DNA from: Octopus sinensis
Taxonomy: Eukaryota
Length of the DNA stretch: 64,000 bases
Direction of reading: 5' to 3'
Assembly: GCF_006345805.1 (NCBI RefSeq)
Contig: NC_042997.1
Coordinates: 6,262,001-6,326,000, forward strand
The notes below the pieces were generated by a model that saw only the letters and a program-made list of their open reading frames with translations, searched no databases and was not told the DNA's origin. The first letter of the stretch is position 1. Every line of letters starts with the position of its first letter. A program made the position numbers and the translations under genes. Of the stretch, positions 53,011 to 64,000 are shown piece by piece.

Positions 53011-56000
53011 TGTGTTTGTGTAATGTGCCTCTGTGTCTGTGTCTGGTTGTGTATGCATTTTTATATGTATGAGCCTGATATTTACTGGAATTATTTGTAA
53101 CTGATAAAGGAGAAATAATTATTAAACACATTTATTACGTTTTCTAATTATGTTTTCTTTCTCCAAGGCATTACAAGAGGGTCAATTATCACAGTATTTG
53201 ATTTTATAGTTTAAAATTATTCTTCTATTCCTAATTTCCTGTTTTCCGTTTTCATTAGAATATATAATAATAAGCCTGTCTTTAACATACAGGCAGGAAA
53301 CTATATCCAATTTCCATAATTTAAAATTCTTTAGTTACAAATAACTGCAATTAGATTCATTTCCCAATATGATTATAGCAAATAAAATTGCATCTTTTGT
53401 TTGTGTTGATAATCTATTGGGATAATTTCCTCTCAATTCTTAACCTGAGAAAAGTATTTTTTTTTATGAACATATAGTTGTTCGACATTCTGTGGAAATA
53501 TTTAATATTTCTGTCCTGGAACCTAATGGTAATTTCTAGAAAAATACAATGTACAATTATCATTCTATACCATTGTATAGGACACCACATACCCATCGTT
53601 GAGGAGTTCTTTCTGTTATTTAGCAATGTATATTATCTTCTCTTATCACTCTCCATATCAACTTCCAAAACAGTATAAGACCCACAAAAGTATTCATGGC
53701 ATTTGGAATCAATATGTAAGTGGTAAATAGATAATATTCTCTGTGAATTAAACGCCTATAATATTTATTAATGTTATTTGTTTCACGGTCACAGTAGCAA
53801 TCAAGCAATTTAGCCATAAATACATATAGTGTATTTAAATATAATCACACACACAAATGCATAATCACTCACGGATGTACATATATATGTATATAAACCA
53901 GATCTTATTGAATTATTTATGATAGATGTCACTCGGTCATAACCGTAATTTATACACTTTACAGAAATAGGGATTTGCAAACACAGGTCATATAAAAGAC
54001 ATCGACCACTTAATAATTGTTACCACTCACCAGAGGTAAGATATATTCCTACAAACCAGAAGAGACAGAGACAGATAGAAAAACAGAGGGATAGAGAATA
54101 AAATACGGATAGAGTGAATTAGAGTGGGCGAGAGAAAATAAGAGAGAGATTGAGAGAGATATTGGATGCCACATTCCATTATATCCAGAAACAGGCGTGA
54201 GGTTCAATTGCACTCAATGATAGTAAGAGTTAGAAAGGGAAAGCTAGTCAGCTTTAATCTTTTGTCCGATCTAGATGACATGTCAAGTAAAACTAGAAAA
54301 TTCAAAGATTTAATTTCTATTTACCAAACAGGCATCAGACTTTTTTAGATACTCAACGTTAGATTACACGAATTGCAAATACGACGCAAAATATATCGCA
54401 ACTTAACTCAACATTATATTCAATAATAGTGATAAGAAAATCCCCATAATTCACCATTAGTGTGAATCTGCTTCTTACAGAAAAATCAAATACCTTTTCC
54501 AATCTTCTCATTAGTGACCTGGAACTGCTAATTGTAACCTTGCAAGTGGAATTGCAACCGTTTGCAATTAGAGGTATAGTCTGCAGTATCTACAAACAAG
54601 AATACTCATATATAGTGTTGTTGACGTGAACAGATCTCTTTCATATTGAATTTCAGATTATTGGTCACGGATACTTACATTGAGCACCATAATTCTAGTA
54701 ATCTGTTCACAATGTGAGTCTAAAATATATCTGCCTACCGATACTGAGATCATTTTTCTACGAGCGGCAATAATCGGCTACAAATACGGTATATGTAATC
54801 ATGAAAAGTTAGTCTATTTCCATCCGATATTGATAAAATAGTGATATGTAACCTGAAGCAATGTGACCAGACACAACACAACATAGAACAGTAAGTGCGG
54901 AATCCATTCTATTATATTCTATCCATTGTGGCTACGTTGGTCAGATGAACAGCTTGCAGACAACGGTATGCCGCTGGAGATTTAGGACACTGCACGTAGT
55001 CTTCCTTACTCAATACATACAGTTTCCTTCCGGAGGTCTACTTCACTAGTACTCTGAAGATTACCGACGTCCTAGCACTCTCTCCGCCTATACGAACTGG
55101 ATCTGTTCATGATATTCTATCAACATAATTGTATATAACGCCATTTTTAACACGTCGAAATACATAGACACCAATGCAGATGATAATACTCTTCATTCTT
55201 CCTTAACATTTGAGGTTGCCTAGTTGCCGGACATTTCTTGTAACTGAGTTAGGGATTACTTAGCAGAATTATTCGGTAAAAGAAACGCTTTCGAACCCTG
55301 AAAGATTCTTGTTTTATGGTAAAAGGTAAAAACTTTTTTTCCGAAATATTATTCTGCCTTACTGATGAGAGTTAATGAGTTTAGAAATATATAATTCCTC
55401 AATTTCCGTGCTTGATCGACCGGACACACGCCACTTTAACAGCGTCTTCATATCATATACACCCAGGTGCAAACTATGCATGATCGTTTTGATGCATGCC
55501 AGCTCCCCAGTGTTTTGCCTATTGATGGAAACACTCTAAAACAACTTTTAATGTTATCATAAGTTTAGTCACTCCATTGAATCAAGATATGCACAAAACG
55601 GTAAACATTCTTGCACCACATGTTTGGTAGGGAATAGTAGGAAGTCTAAAAATTTAATACAAGTGCAAATTCAAATTTCACCATGTTCTATCTGTAATTT
55701 ATTCTTCTCATATATAGTAGAAAACGATAAAAACTTGATATGTGGTAATTAAAAAAAATAACTTTGTAGAGATTAGAGACTACGAATGATTATTGACCGT
55801 TATAACTGCCGTACACGGATTGATAAGATAGAAGGTTAGTCGTATTGTTAATCCCATAAACTTCCAAGATTATTTTGCATGGAAAGCCATTCGGCTGATT
55901 AGCAAATCCTCACATTTAACTATTTGTAAACATTGATCCACAAGCATGATAGTTACTTTCCCTGTTTCCTCTGCCATTTTCTACAATTTGCATACCACAT

Positions 56001-56349
56001 CCGGCGATTCCCATTGGATTCCAAACTCATGTTATCTCCGCATCAAACATTTATTTCTATCATTCCTCTCAGGAATGCTACTTTAGAGAATTCATTAAAG
56101 ATTTGCAGATATTCAAACTATTGCATTGATATCAGGTTCTACACAACTATTCATAGATTATAGTGTCTCGGATTATTTTGTAATGAAGAATATAATAATT
56201 ATGAGTTGGACCGCTACAAACGCAAAGCTTCTGTGCTATGCTGTCGGATATGACTTAATAGAATATATGTCTCAGATTTTGTTTTATAAAAGAGCAACAT
56301 CGTTCCGCATCTGTATGCATGTATTGTGTCTGTATGAATTCATGTGTGC

Positions 56350-56670
<321 letters not shown>

Positions 56671-57431
56671 TATACGCATATGTGTGAAAGCAGGCACGAA
56701 AATAAATACAAGTATACTTACGTGTTTGTGGTGGGGTAAAATGTGTGTTTAAGTATTTTTGTTTTGATAGCCTATCATACAATAATAGCTCTTTGTTGTA
56801 TGTCTATCCAGACTTCTTCACAGCTTGACTGAGTGTTAATAATTGATATGAATATTTTCTCATTCTACATACAAAGCAGACAAACTACTATCATTAGGGA
56901 CTCGAATACACTTTATTATAGCTGTTGTTCTTATACACAGACTTGCATAAATAAATGCTGGAGATAAAATTACACAGCAGGAATATATTTCTCTTAGAAA
57001 TAAATTTGCAATTGTATATGAAACTCCTTCGATTTCGTTTCAACTTCCTATCTGCGGTATCGAAATTACATTATTCAATTACATACATTATATATGGTAT
57101 TGAGTTTACAATAACGATTATAAAATCGCCCCGTGATATTTCTCCATAATCATTAGTGATGTTTCGCAAGTAATAACTTTCATTAAAATGCTAATATAAA
57201 CTGAACATTTAATTCATTCTATCCGCACATTTCAGAATTTCAATAGATAATTTTCCAGTCCGCAATAGCTGATTCAAATAATGAGTGATTAATATTTACC
57301 CAAGTTTGCCAAAAACATAAACTAATATTTATCAAATAAATAGAATGGAAAAGTGAATAAAGGATTTTTCTTCGGTAAAATAAAGTTGTCAGTTTCCTGT
57401 CAAAGTGGTAGCTGCCTTGCACCTCACCATA

Positions 57432-57830
57432 ATGTTTCTTATTTCTTTATTGCCCACAAGGGGCTAAACATAGAGGGGACAAACAAGGACAGACAACGGA
57501 ATTAATTTGATTACATCGACCTCAGTGTCTAACAGGTACTTAATTTATCGACCCCGAAAGGGCGGAATTCGAAATCAGAACGTAACGGCAAACGAAATAC
57601 CTATTTCTTTACTACCCACAAGGGTCTAAACACAGAGGGAACAAACAAGAACAGACAAACGGGTTAAGTTGATTATATCTACCCCAGTGCGTAACTGGTA
57701 ATTACTTTATCGACCCCGAAAGTATGAAAGGCAAAGTCGACCTCGGCGGAATTTGAACTCAGAACGTAACGGCAGACGAAATACGGCTACGCATTTCTCC
57801 CAGCGTGCTAACGTTTCTACCAGCTCGCCT
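57432..57830 (-). mobile_element. tRNA-derived SINE with a tandem-duplicated body (family of 3973-4292)
   Basis: Two ~165-bp units (CCCACAAGGG.CTAAACA.AGAGGG.ACAAACAAG...ATCGACCCCGAAAG) plus the head GGCGAGCTGGTAGAAACGTTAGCACGC on the minus strand. Confidence 0.9.
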
Positions 57831-58518
57831 CTTACTCTTTACCGGCATATCACGTCGTATTTTACTTGGCTTGTATGCTTTGAAGCTATTTGAGAAAGGA
57901 TGAATTTTCAAGGCTTCACTGAAATGCATCGCTTCTGTCATTGTTTAGAAGAAAAATTCAAAGAGAAATAGAGTAGAACTGAAATATCTGAATTGAAAGA
58001 CGAAATATAACCGACATAAAAATACATAGCATGTGTGTCGCCACCTAATCCTGTAAGTGATGAGACGTGCACACGGTCAGGAGCGTGTTATGATAATGTC
58101 AGATGAATTAGGAAAATTAAGCACTTCAGAAAGTGTGTCAGTCTACCATGCGACGGAACGAAAGTATAAGTATTGGCTGCACATATGTTAGTGGAAGTCG
58201 AAAGCTAAGCCCTTAATTGCAGTATTTTAAGATTTATTTAGCCATCAGCTTTGAGCCAATTATCTTGTCATTTCTTAAAGACACGGAAGTATATTTTTAA
58301 ATATAATATCTAAGAAACGATAAATCCATAGCAGAGTAACATATTGTATGTCTATCTTTTATTCAATTTCTTCTCTTGTTTTTCTTTGACTTCAGTTTGT
58401 GTATTTGCGTGTATATAACTTCATGATTCTTCACCATTATGTGTGTGTACGTGAATCTCTGTGTGTGTTTTATATAGGTGCTCGCCTATGTATATGTAAA
58501 ATGAATATATATATACGA

Positions 58519-58680
58519 CGCGGGCAAAATGCTTAGCGGTATTTCGTATGGCTTTATATTCTGAGTTCATATTCTGCTAATGTCAACTATGTTTTCATCC
58601 CGTTTGAAGTCGATAAAGTACCAGTTGGGTACTAAGGGCAATGTAATAAACATACCCACCAACGACGAAATTGCTTGCTA
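58519..58680 (+). mobile_element. Diverged SINE
   Basis: Contains CGGGCAAAATGCTTAGCGGTATTTCG...TTCTGAGTTCATATTC...GTCGATAAAGTACCAG. Confidence 0.75.
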
Positions 58681-58883
58681 TAAGTAGAATTTATATCAGA
58701 AGGAGACAGATAATCGCAGAGCAGTGACGACGATATATAATGTGATTCTTAACGCACGTCTATAAGAATTTTTATCTCAGACGAAATGAGGAGTGACTTT
58801 CCTGTCAGTGGTGTTTATATGTTAAGTAAAATACTCAGATAGCTAACTGTATGTAAAACCACCTCAGTTGCGCATGCAGAATT

Positions 58884-58974
58884 TCAAGACACCAGGCAGC
58901 AATTCGAAGTTCCGGTGAATGTATTCTTCAATGCTTCCCGTATCAAGAGCGACAGTTTTCGCCTGTGCATGTAG
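58884..58974 (-). CDS. Putative alternative terminal exon encoding (S)YMHRRKLSLLIREALKNTFTGTSNCCLVS* (CaaX box)
   Basis: Has a canonical acceptor TTTAATTTCAG and a phase-2 start compatible with both upstream donors. It is non-repetitive, GC-richer than the flanks, and ends exactly in C-C-L-V-S-stop. Confidence 0.65.
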
Positions 58975-59117
58975 CTGAAATTAAATCTAAATGAAAAAAG
59001 GCAAAATTGTCGAAGATCAAGAAGACATTCTCGGTAGCCGACCTTGGGACGATTTTTCTGTTCTCTCCGATATAAATTGTACATCCACCATATGTACAAT
59101 TAGTGGCAGAGGTGAGA

Positions 59118-59216
<99 letters not shown>

Positions 59217-59672
59217 ATATATATACACACACACATGTTTATATGCATTACGCAAGTTAATGAACATGCAAAATATTTGGCACCATTCAATGACGTTTAA
59301 TTTTAAATTTATAATATAAACGTACTAATGACTTATAAGAACGCGGTTATGCAGTCATATTCGTTATTCGTTATGCAGTCATAATATACTCATGAAAAAT
59401 GGGGAATGGGTCCATATGCCACATTTCGGTGAGTTTTGCTCTTTATCAGCACCCAAGTATCCCATTACTCATAATCGGCCACATTGCTTCAATATCAATC
59501 ATAAATTATTATAAATCATAAATTAAATGTCCTAGAATGATTGCAAATGTTTTGTTTGTTCATTGCATGCTATAATTTATATCTACCTGCTCAATTATGA
59601 ACCACTTTGAGGGACTATCTGCAATATAGGCAATTTAAGCAATATACATATAAGAAGAAAGAAACAGCGAGT

Positions 59673-59726
<54 letters not shown>

Positions 59727-60049
59727 GGGGAGAGGTAGGCGCAATGATGTAGAGAAACAAATTAAACCTCGCAGCTTCGGTATGAAATGCAATATATATA
59801 TATATATATATATATATACATGCAAAACGAGAGAAATCAAGTAGTGGATAATTTCAGACGATGAATATTTAAGTATAAATTTACAGATATTTTTTATTAA
59901 TATATCAAATTTACAGAAAAAATTAAAGGAAAGGAAGTAAGGTTTTAAAAGACCAGCAGGTAATTCTGGGGTCTCAGAGATTCATAACAATGTTGGCAGA
60001 CTGTCATGGGAGCAATGGATAAATCGAGCCTCTTTCATCCTTTTCCTGT

Positions 60050-61150
60050 CATAATGCGGAGTATTTCATACGTGGAATGATTAAACCTGAAGAGCAAAAG
60101 TTAGAAGGATGAAAGTAGGAGGTTGGTGGGGTTATGGGGAGTGTTAAGACAAGGAATGTGGAGAGGAGATAAGAGACCGATTTCAGGAAGCGGTAAGGGT
60201 GTTAATAATAGGGGTATTACTGGAGGTGGTTGTAGAGGTACCAAACCACACAACTTTTCTTTCTGCTTAAAATGAGCCGTTAGTAATTTCTGATTCCTAG
60301 ACGTTTCTATTACCCACTGAGTAGTAATCAAACCGGTTTCGTTTAAATGTCTTTCAGACATTTATAGTTATCTCAGTCTAAATACGAAATGTTTGACAAC
60401 TTGGAGATAGAGAGAATTCGTATCTCACTATACCTATGCCTAGCTGCCATACATAATCTATGTAAAATGCCATCCATATTGTACATTCTTAATTGTGAAG
60501 ATGTGAGACAGGTATTTGTTTGGGATAACGTACGGTATATCTTTGAAATAATAACGGAAATATTAGATGGGCTTCCTCCCCTAAACTAGACTCTAAAGAA
60601 ACACCAAGTATGTTTTAGTTTTCTGTAGCGTTACTATATATATATCCTCAATATATTTTATCGCAATTATAATTTGAGGCTTCTGGATTATGGAATTTAA
60701 TTAATGGGAATTAAACTGTTGATGATTTTCGCTTGGCCATTTAATTGTACTTAGTTTTATTATTGTTGATGATATAATACGAAGCGTTTACATCTATATC
60801 ATCGGCAAATGCCTAACGTGTTAAAATCTTAAAGGTTTAAAATCTCAATGTATTAAACAAGTATGATGTGTAAAACAGAAATGGATGAAAATTGAAGCCA
60901 TCGTGACTGAAGTTATTGAAAATATAAAACCTGACTTTATCATCACCGAATAACAGTCGAGCAGTACGATGTGTGAGAAAGTTATAAATCCGTTTAGAAA
61001 AAATATCTGAAGATAATCAGGTATGAAGAACAAGGACACCGTAAGCTCTTGCCCATGAAACAGATCACAGTGGTTGATATTTTCAATAACTTAGACTTTT
61101 TGATAAATGTGGTTATTTCATGTATAAAATTTTCAATTTTGTGTTTTAAT
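60050..61150 (-). mobile_element. Very old LINE RT remnant (CR1/L2-like)
   Basis: The minus strand has AFADDI (~60795-60812), followed by KW...FN and LGV-like remnants in the expected order. No ORF. Confidence 0.5.
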
Positions 61151-61394
61151 TCATTCGAAATCCAAACCGAGATTTGGAGAAAAAAAAATCTTTTCGCCTA
61201 TGTGAAGTAGATTATTGCCCTTTATGGATATAATCTGGTTGAATAGTAGTTGAATAGTAGAGGGATATAATCTGGTTGAATAGTAGTTGTCATTCTTGGT
61301 TCTTGCATTAATTAGAGTATGAAATAATTTTGGCATATGTGCAGCAAAAATGTGTGTTACTAAATAAATTTAATATTGTTTCCAAATTTTCAGA

Positions 61395-61590
61395 CACGGA
61401 CAGCAATTTCGGGAATTTGGGTAAACCGATTACATCGATACCAATGTTCGAGAGATACTTAATTTTATCGACCCAGGAAGGAAGACATGTTAAGTCGCCC
61501 TCAGCAGTATTTGAACTAAGAACGTACATAATGACGAAATACCGCTAAGTATTTTACCTCGAAATGCCAATGATTTTGTCACCAAGCTGT
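61395..61590 (-). mobile_element. Diverged SINE (family of 3973-4292)
   Basis: Contains ACTTAATTTTATCGACCC...TTTGAACTAAGAACG...GACGAAATACCGCTAAG. Confidence 0.75.
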
Positions 61591-62150
61591 CTTCAAAATA
61601 GGGTTAATATTATCGCTTGTATTACACGCTTTGATGACTAATTGAGATACTGGTAGTTTTTCTCTCGTTTATCATGCCTCTTGTTCAATTATAGGCGGGA
61701 AATGTGTACTTGGATTGCGTGTCATACATTCTTTGAGTTTAGTGGGTGATTTATTTAACGAAAATTTGCCAATAAATAATTTTTGTATATAATATTCTCT
61801 TATCTTTAAAATCTTGCTTCTTAATAATTTTCTAGTAGCATTTTAAACTCAGTTTTCAATTTTTCCTTTATTTTATGGTTTTACAACGCAGTTAAAGTTT
61901 TAGTGAAGTACTTTATTTTTCAATATAATTTACTTGTTTATTTATTCATTATTAGACTTTCCCCATGAATCAAAAGAAGTTTATCTCTATCGCAGGTCAG
62001 CTCTCTTTGTGTCAAGCATTGCCTGATCACCCTAACTATAAAATTCCATTTTCTATTTAGGTTTGATTTATCTTTTCCCGAGGAACCTATCATTATAAAA
62101 AACAAGAAAACATTTAACAACACTTAAATATCTCTGTACAGCCATCCATT

Positions 62151-62217
62151 TCAATTGACACGTATTTTTCTTGTCCTCATCACGCACCTGCAGGTTCCAC
62201 TGTCAACGACTTCTATT
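62151..62217 (-). CDS. Putative exon 2: (K)IEVVDSGTC, then either an internal donor at 62188 or read-through RCVMRTRKIRVN*
   Basis: The acceptor is TTTTTGTTTTAAG, and phase 2 continues exon 1 in frame (RKRK-IEVVD). There is an internal donor TGCAG|GTGCGT and an AATAAA ~200 nt downstream (near 61940). Confidence 0.6.
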
Positions 62218-63318
62218 CTTAAAACAAAAACATTCTGAATATATTTACTTGTGTATTTCATTTCTCACTTCACTTACTTTCTGTTTTGTTTAGTTTATAT
62301 ACTTAATATTTATTTATACGCACATACAATTACCATTTTCTCTCTCTCTCGCTCTCTTTTTTTTTTCTATACTTATTTATTTAAATGTTAAATTATTTAG
62401 TTGATCATTTATTCTAGTTTTATTTTGCTTACTTTCTGCAGATCTTACATCACATGGGTACTCGCCTTAATTCAAATAGTTTACCATCTAAGATAGTTCC
62501 GCCTAAATACACCCCCAAACTCAGCATAAATTTGCAATGGGAATTAACTATTCTATCAATCAGTAAAAATTGAAAACACAATGAAGTGACAAAAAACTTG
62601 ACTTGTTTAAATCAAATTGAAAATATGCATACTTAAATGTGTTACTGCCTAAGTTACTCCACTCCCCAAAGATTTATCTAAATCATTCATTTGTATTCAC
62701 ATTTTGTTTTCTCTTCCAACAACTGTTATTTTTCTTTCGTCTTTCTTCATCATATCTCACTGTCCTGTGACCAACAGTTTTGACAAATCCCTGTTTCTGT
62801 TTCGTAAGAGCTGCATTTTTCAGCATATGTTTATATTCCACAAAACATCTACCGGTAATATTGATAAACCATCTCGGAGGAAATTATTGAAAATAAACCA
62901 TGTTAAACAGGAAAAAAGACAGAAAAGCAATGAGTAAAACTATTTTACAGCATCGTGTAAACACAAAGAAGGAAGGAGATTTTTAATGGCATTTCTATGA
63001 AGAATGCATTTGTCGTGAGTAATACTATCAACACTGCCTACGCATTCGCTGATCTTCACTTACATTATCGACCTCGAATTTATCATCTGAACATAGGTTT
63101 TTTCCTGATTGTTTGAATTTGGGCCCTATTAAGAAATTCTCTATTCCGAATTATTCGTATTTGATTCATGATCCCATTTTCAGTAATCTGGAGCATACCA
63201 AGCTGGTTCTAAAGTTCTAATGATTCTTTTCTCGACAGCTTTAAATTTGCCATTGCCCTTAACTAGCAAGGCTTGTCTATGGCACTTAATTACCCTTTGT
63301 TTTATATCAAAGACCTAC

Positions 63319-63497
63319 TTGCGTTTACGAGCACTTTGCATAATTTGAACAGTAAAAGGACTACAACTGGTTGGAGTCAGGTCTTCCATTCCATTGCCCT
63401 CTGAGGGGAACCTTTTTGGAGCGGGAGATCTGGTGACTCCGACATCCAGGAGAGTGTTGCCGTTTATGCAGTTATTTGGGTTTGAAATTGAAATCAT
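63319..63497 (-). CDS. Putative first coding exon of a small unidentified protein (MISISNPNN...MEDLTPTSCSPFTVQIMQSARKR)
   Basis: Unique GC-richer sequence with an ATG at 63497 preceded by an in-frame TGA ~70 nt upstream. It has 59 codons plus 2 nt, then the donor AA|GTAGGT. Confidence 0.65.
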
Positions 63498-63662
63498 TGC
63501 AAACAAAGAATGAGAATAACACTTTAAAAGGATTTGCTCTCCGAGTGTGTTTATTTGAATTTTTCATGTAATTGGTTGCAAATACAACAACAGCTGTGAC
63601 TTGGTTGCCAGCCCAGACTTTCAGATTCCAAGTTCGCCCTGCGTAATTTGCCGCAGCCCCCA

Positions 63663-63700
<38 letters not shown>

Positions 63701-64000
63701 TCACGCGCGCATACACAGACGCAGATGTTACAGCGGTCTATGCAGGGCAGGAGTGGCACCAACTCCCTGCGCTCTTCACATACACATCCGCATATAGAAT
63801 TACACTATCTGATGTGTCCTTCCTCAGCAATGTTTGATGCGATATAAAATAGATGTAACTACTCTCTCTAGCATGCCAAGTGTCTTCTCAGAGAGTCATT
63901 TACTCACTTGTAATCTTCATTGGTAGATAAGCTCAGCGTGTGAAAATTAAGATCTTTGCATTTGTTGTTACTTCTGTAGCCACGTTAAGCGTTTTTATGG

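Noticed and set aside
55440-55545. Minus-strand TTTTAG acceptor followed by open frames
   Set aside because: It adjoins a pLTR-like relic, encodes no recognisable peptide and has weak support.
61227-61290. Short direct repeat GGATATAATCTGGTTGAATAGTAGTTG x2
   Set aside because: It is a simple local tandem duplication, not a CRISPR-like array (eukaryotic context, no unique spacers).
63319-63390. Resemblance of MEDLTP...RKRKIE to the cytohesin N-terminus, and of CRCVMRTRK to PSD-93/95 palmitoylated N-termini
   Set aside because: The similarity is short and superficial, and no Sec7, PH or PDZ exons were seen, so no gene symbol was assigned.

Overview
This is AT-rich, repeat-dense eukaryotic DNA, and the SINE and repeat families look like an octopus (coleoid cephalopod) genome; that assignment is inferred from recalled repeat families, not from a search. 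Most ORF-track entries are artefacts of (TA)n/(CA)n/(ATT)n microsatellites. The real content is mostly transposon relics: a 5'-truncated CR1-group LINE with a 483-aa RT ORF whose YADD is mutated to YADA, RTE and Tx1/L1-like LINE fragments, a decayed mariner, a non-autonomous Helitron, many tRNA-derived SINEs and several Penelope-like elements (PLEs). Two PLEs form large head-to-head inverted repeats, and several PLE-type ends carry minimal hammerhead-ribozyme motifs. The only host-gene candidate is a small spliced minus-strand gene near the right end: exon 1 at 63497-63319 and a 30-nt exon at 62217-62188. It then either reads through to a Cys-x-Cys/polybasic tail or splices to 58974-58884, which ends in the CaaX box CCLVS. 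Many separate foldback structures are scattered across the window. Boundaries of decayed repeats are approximate.
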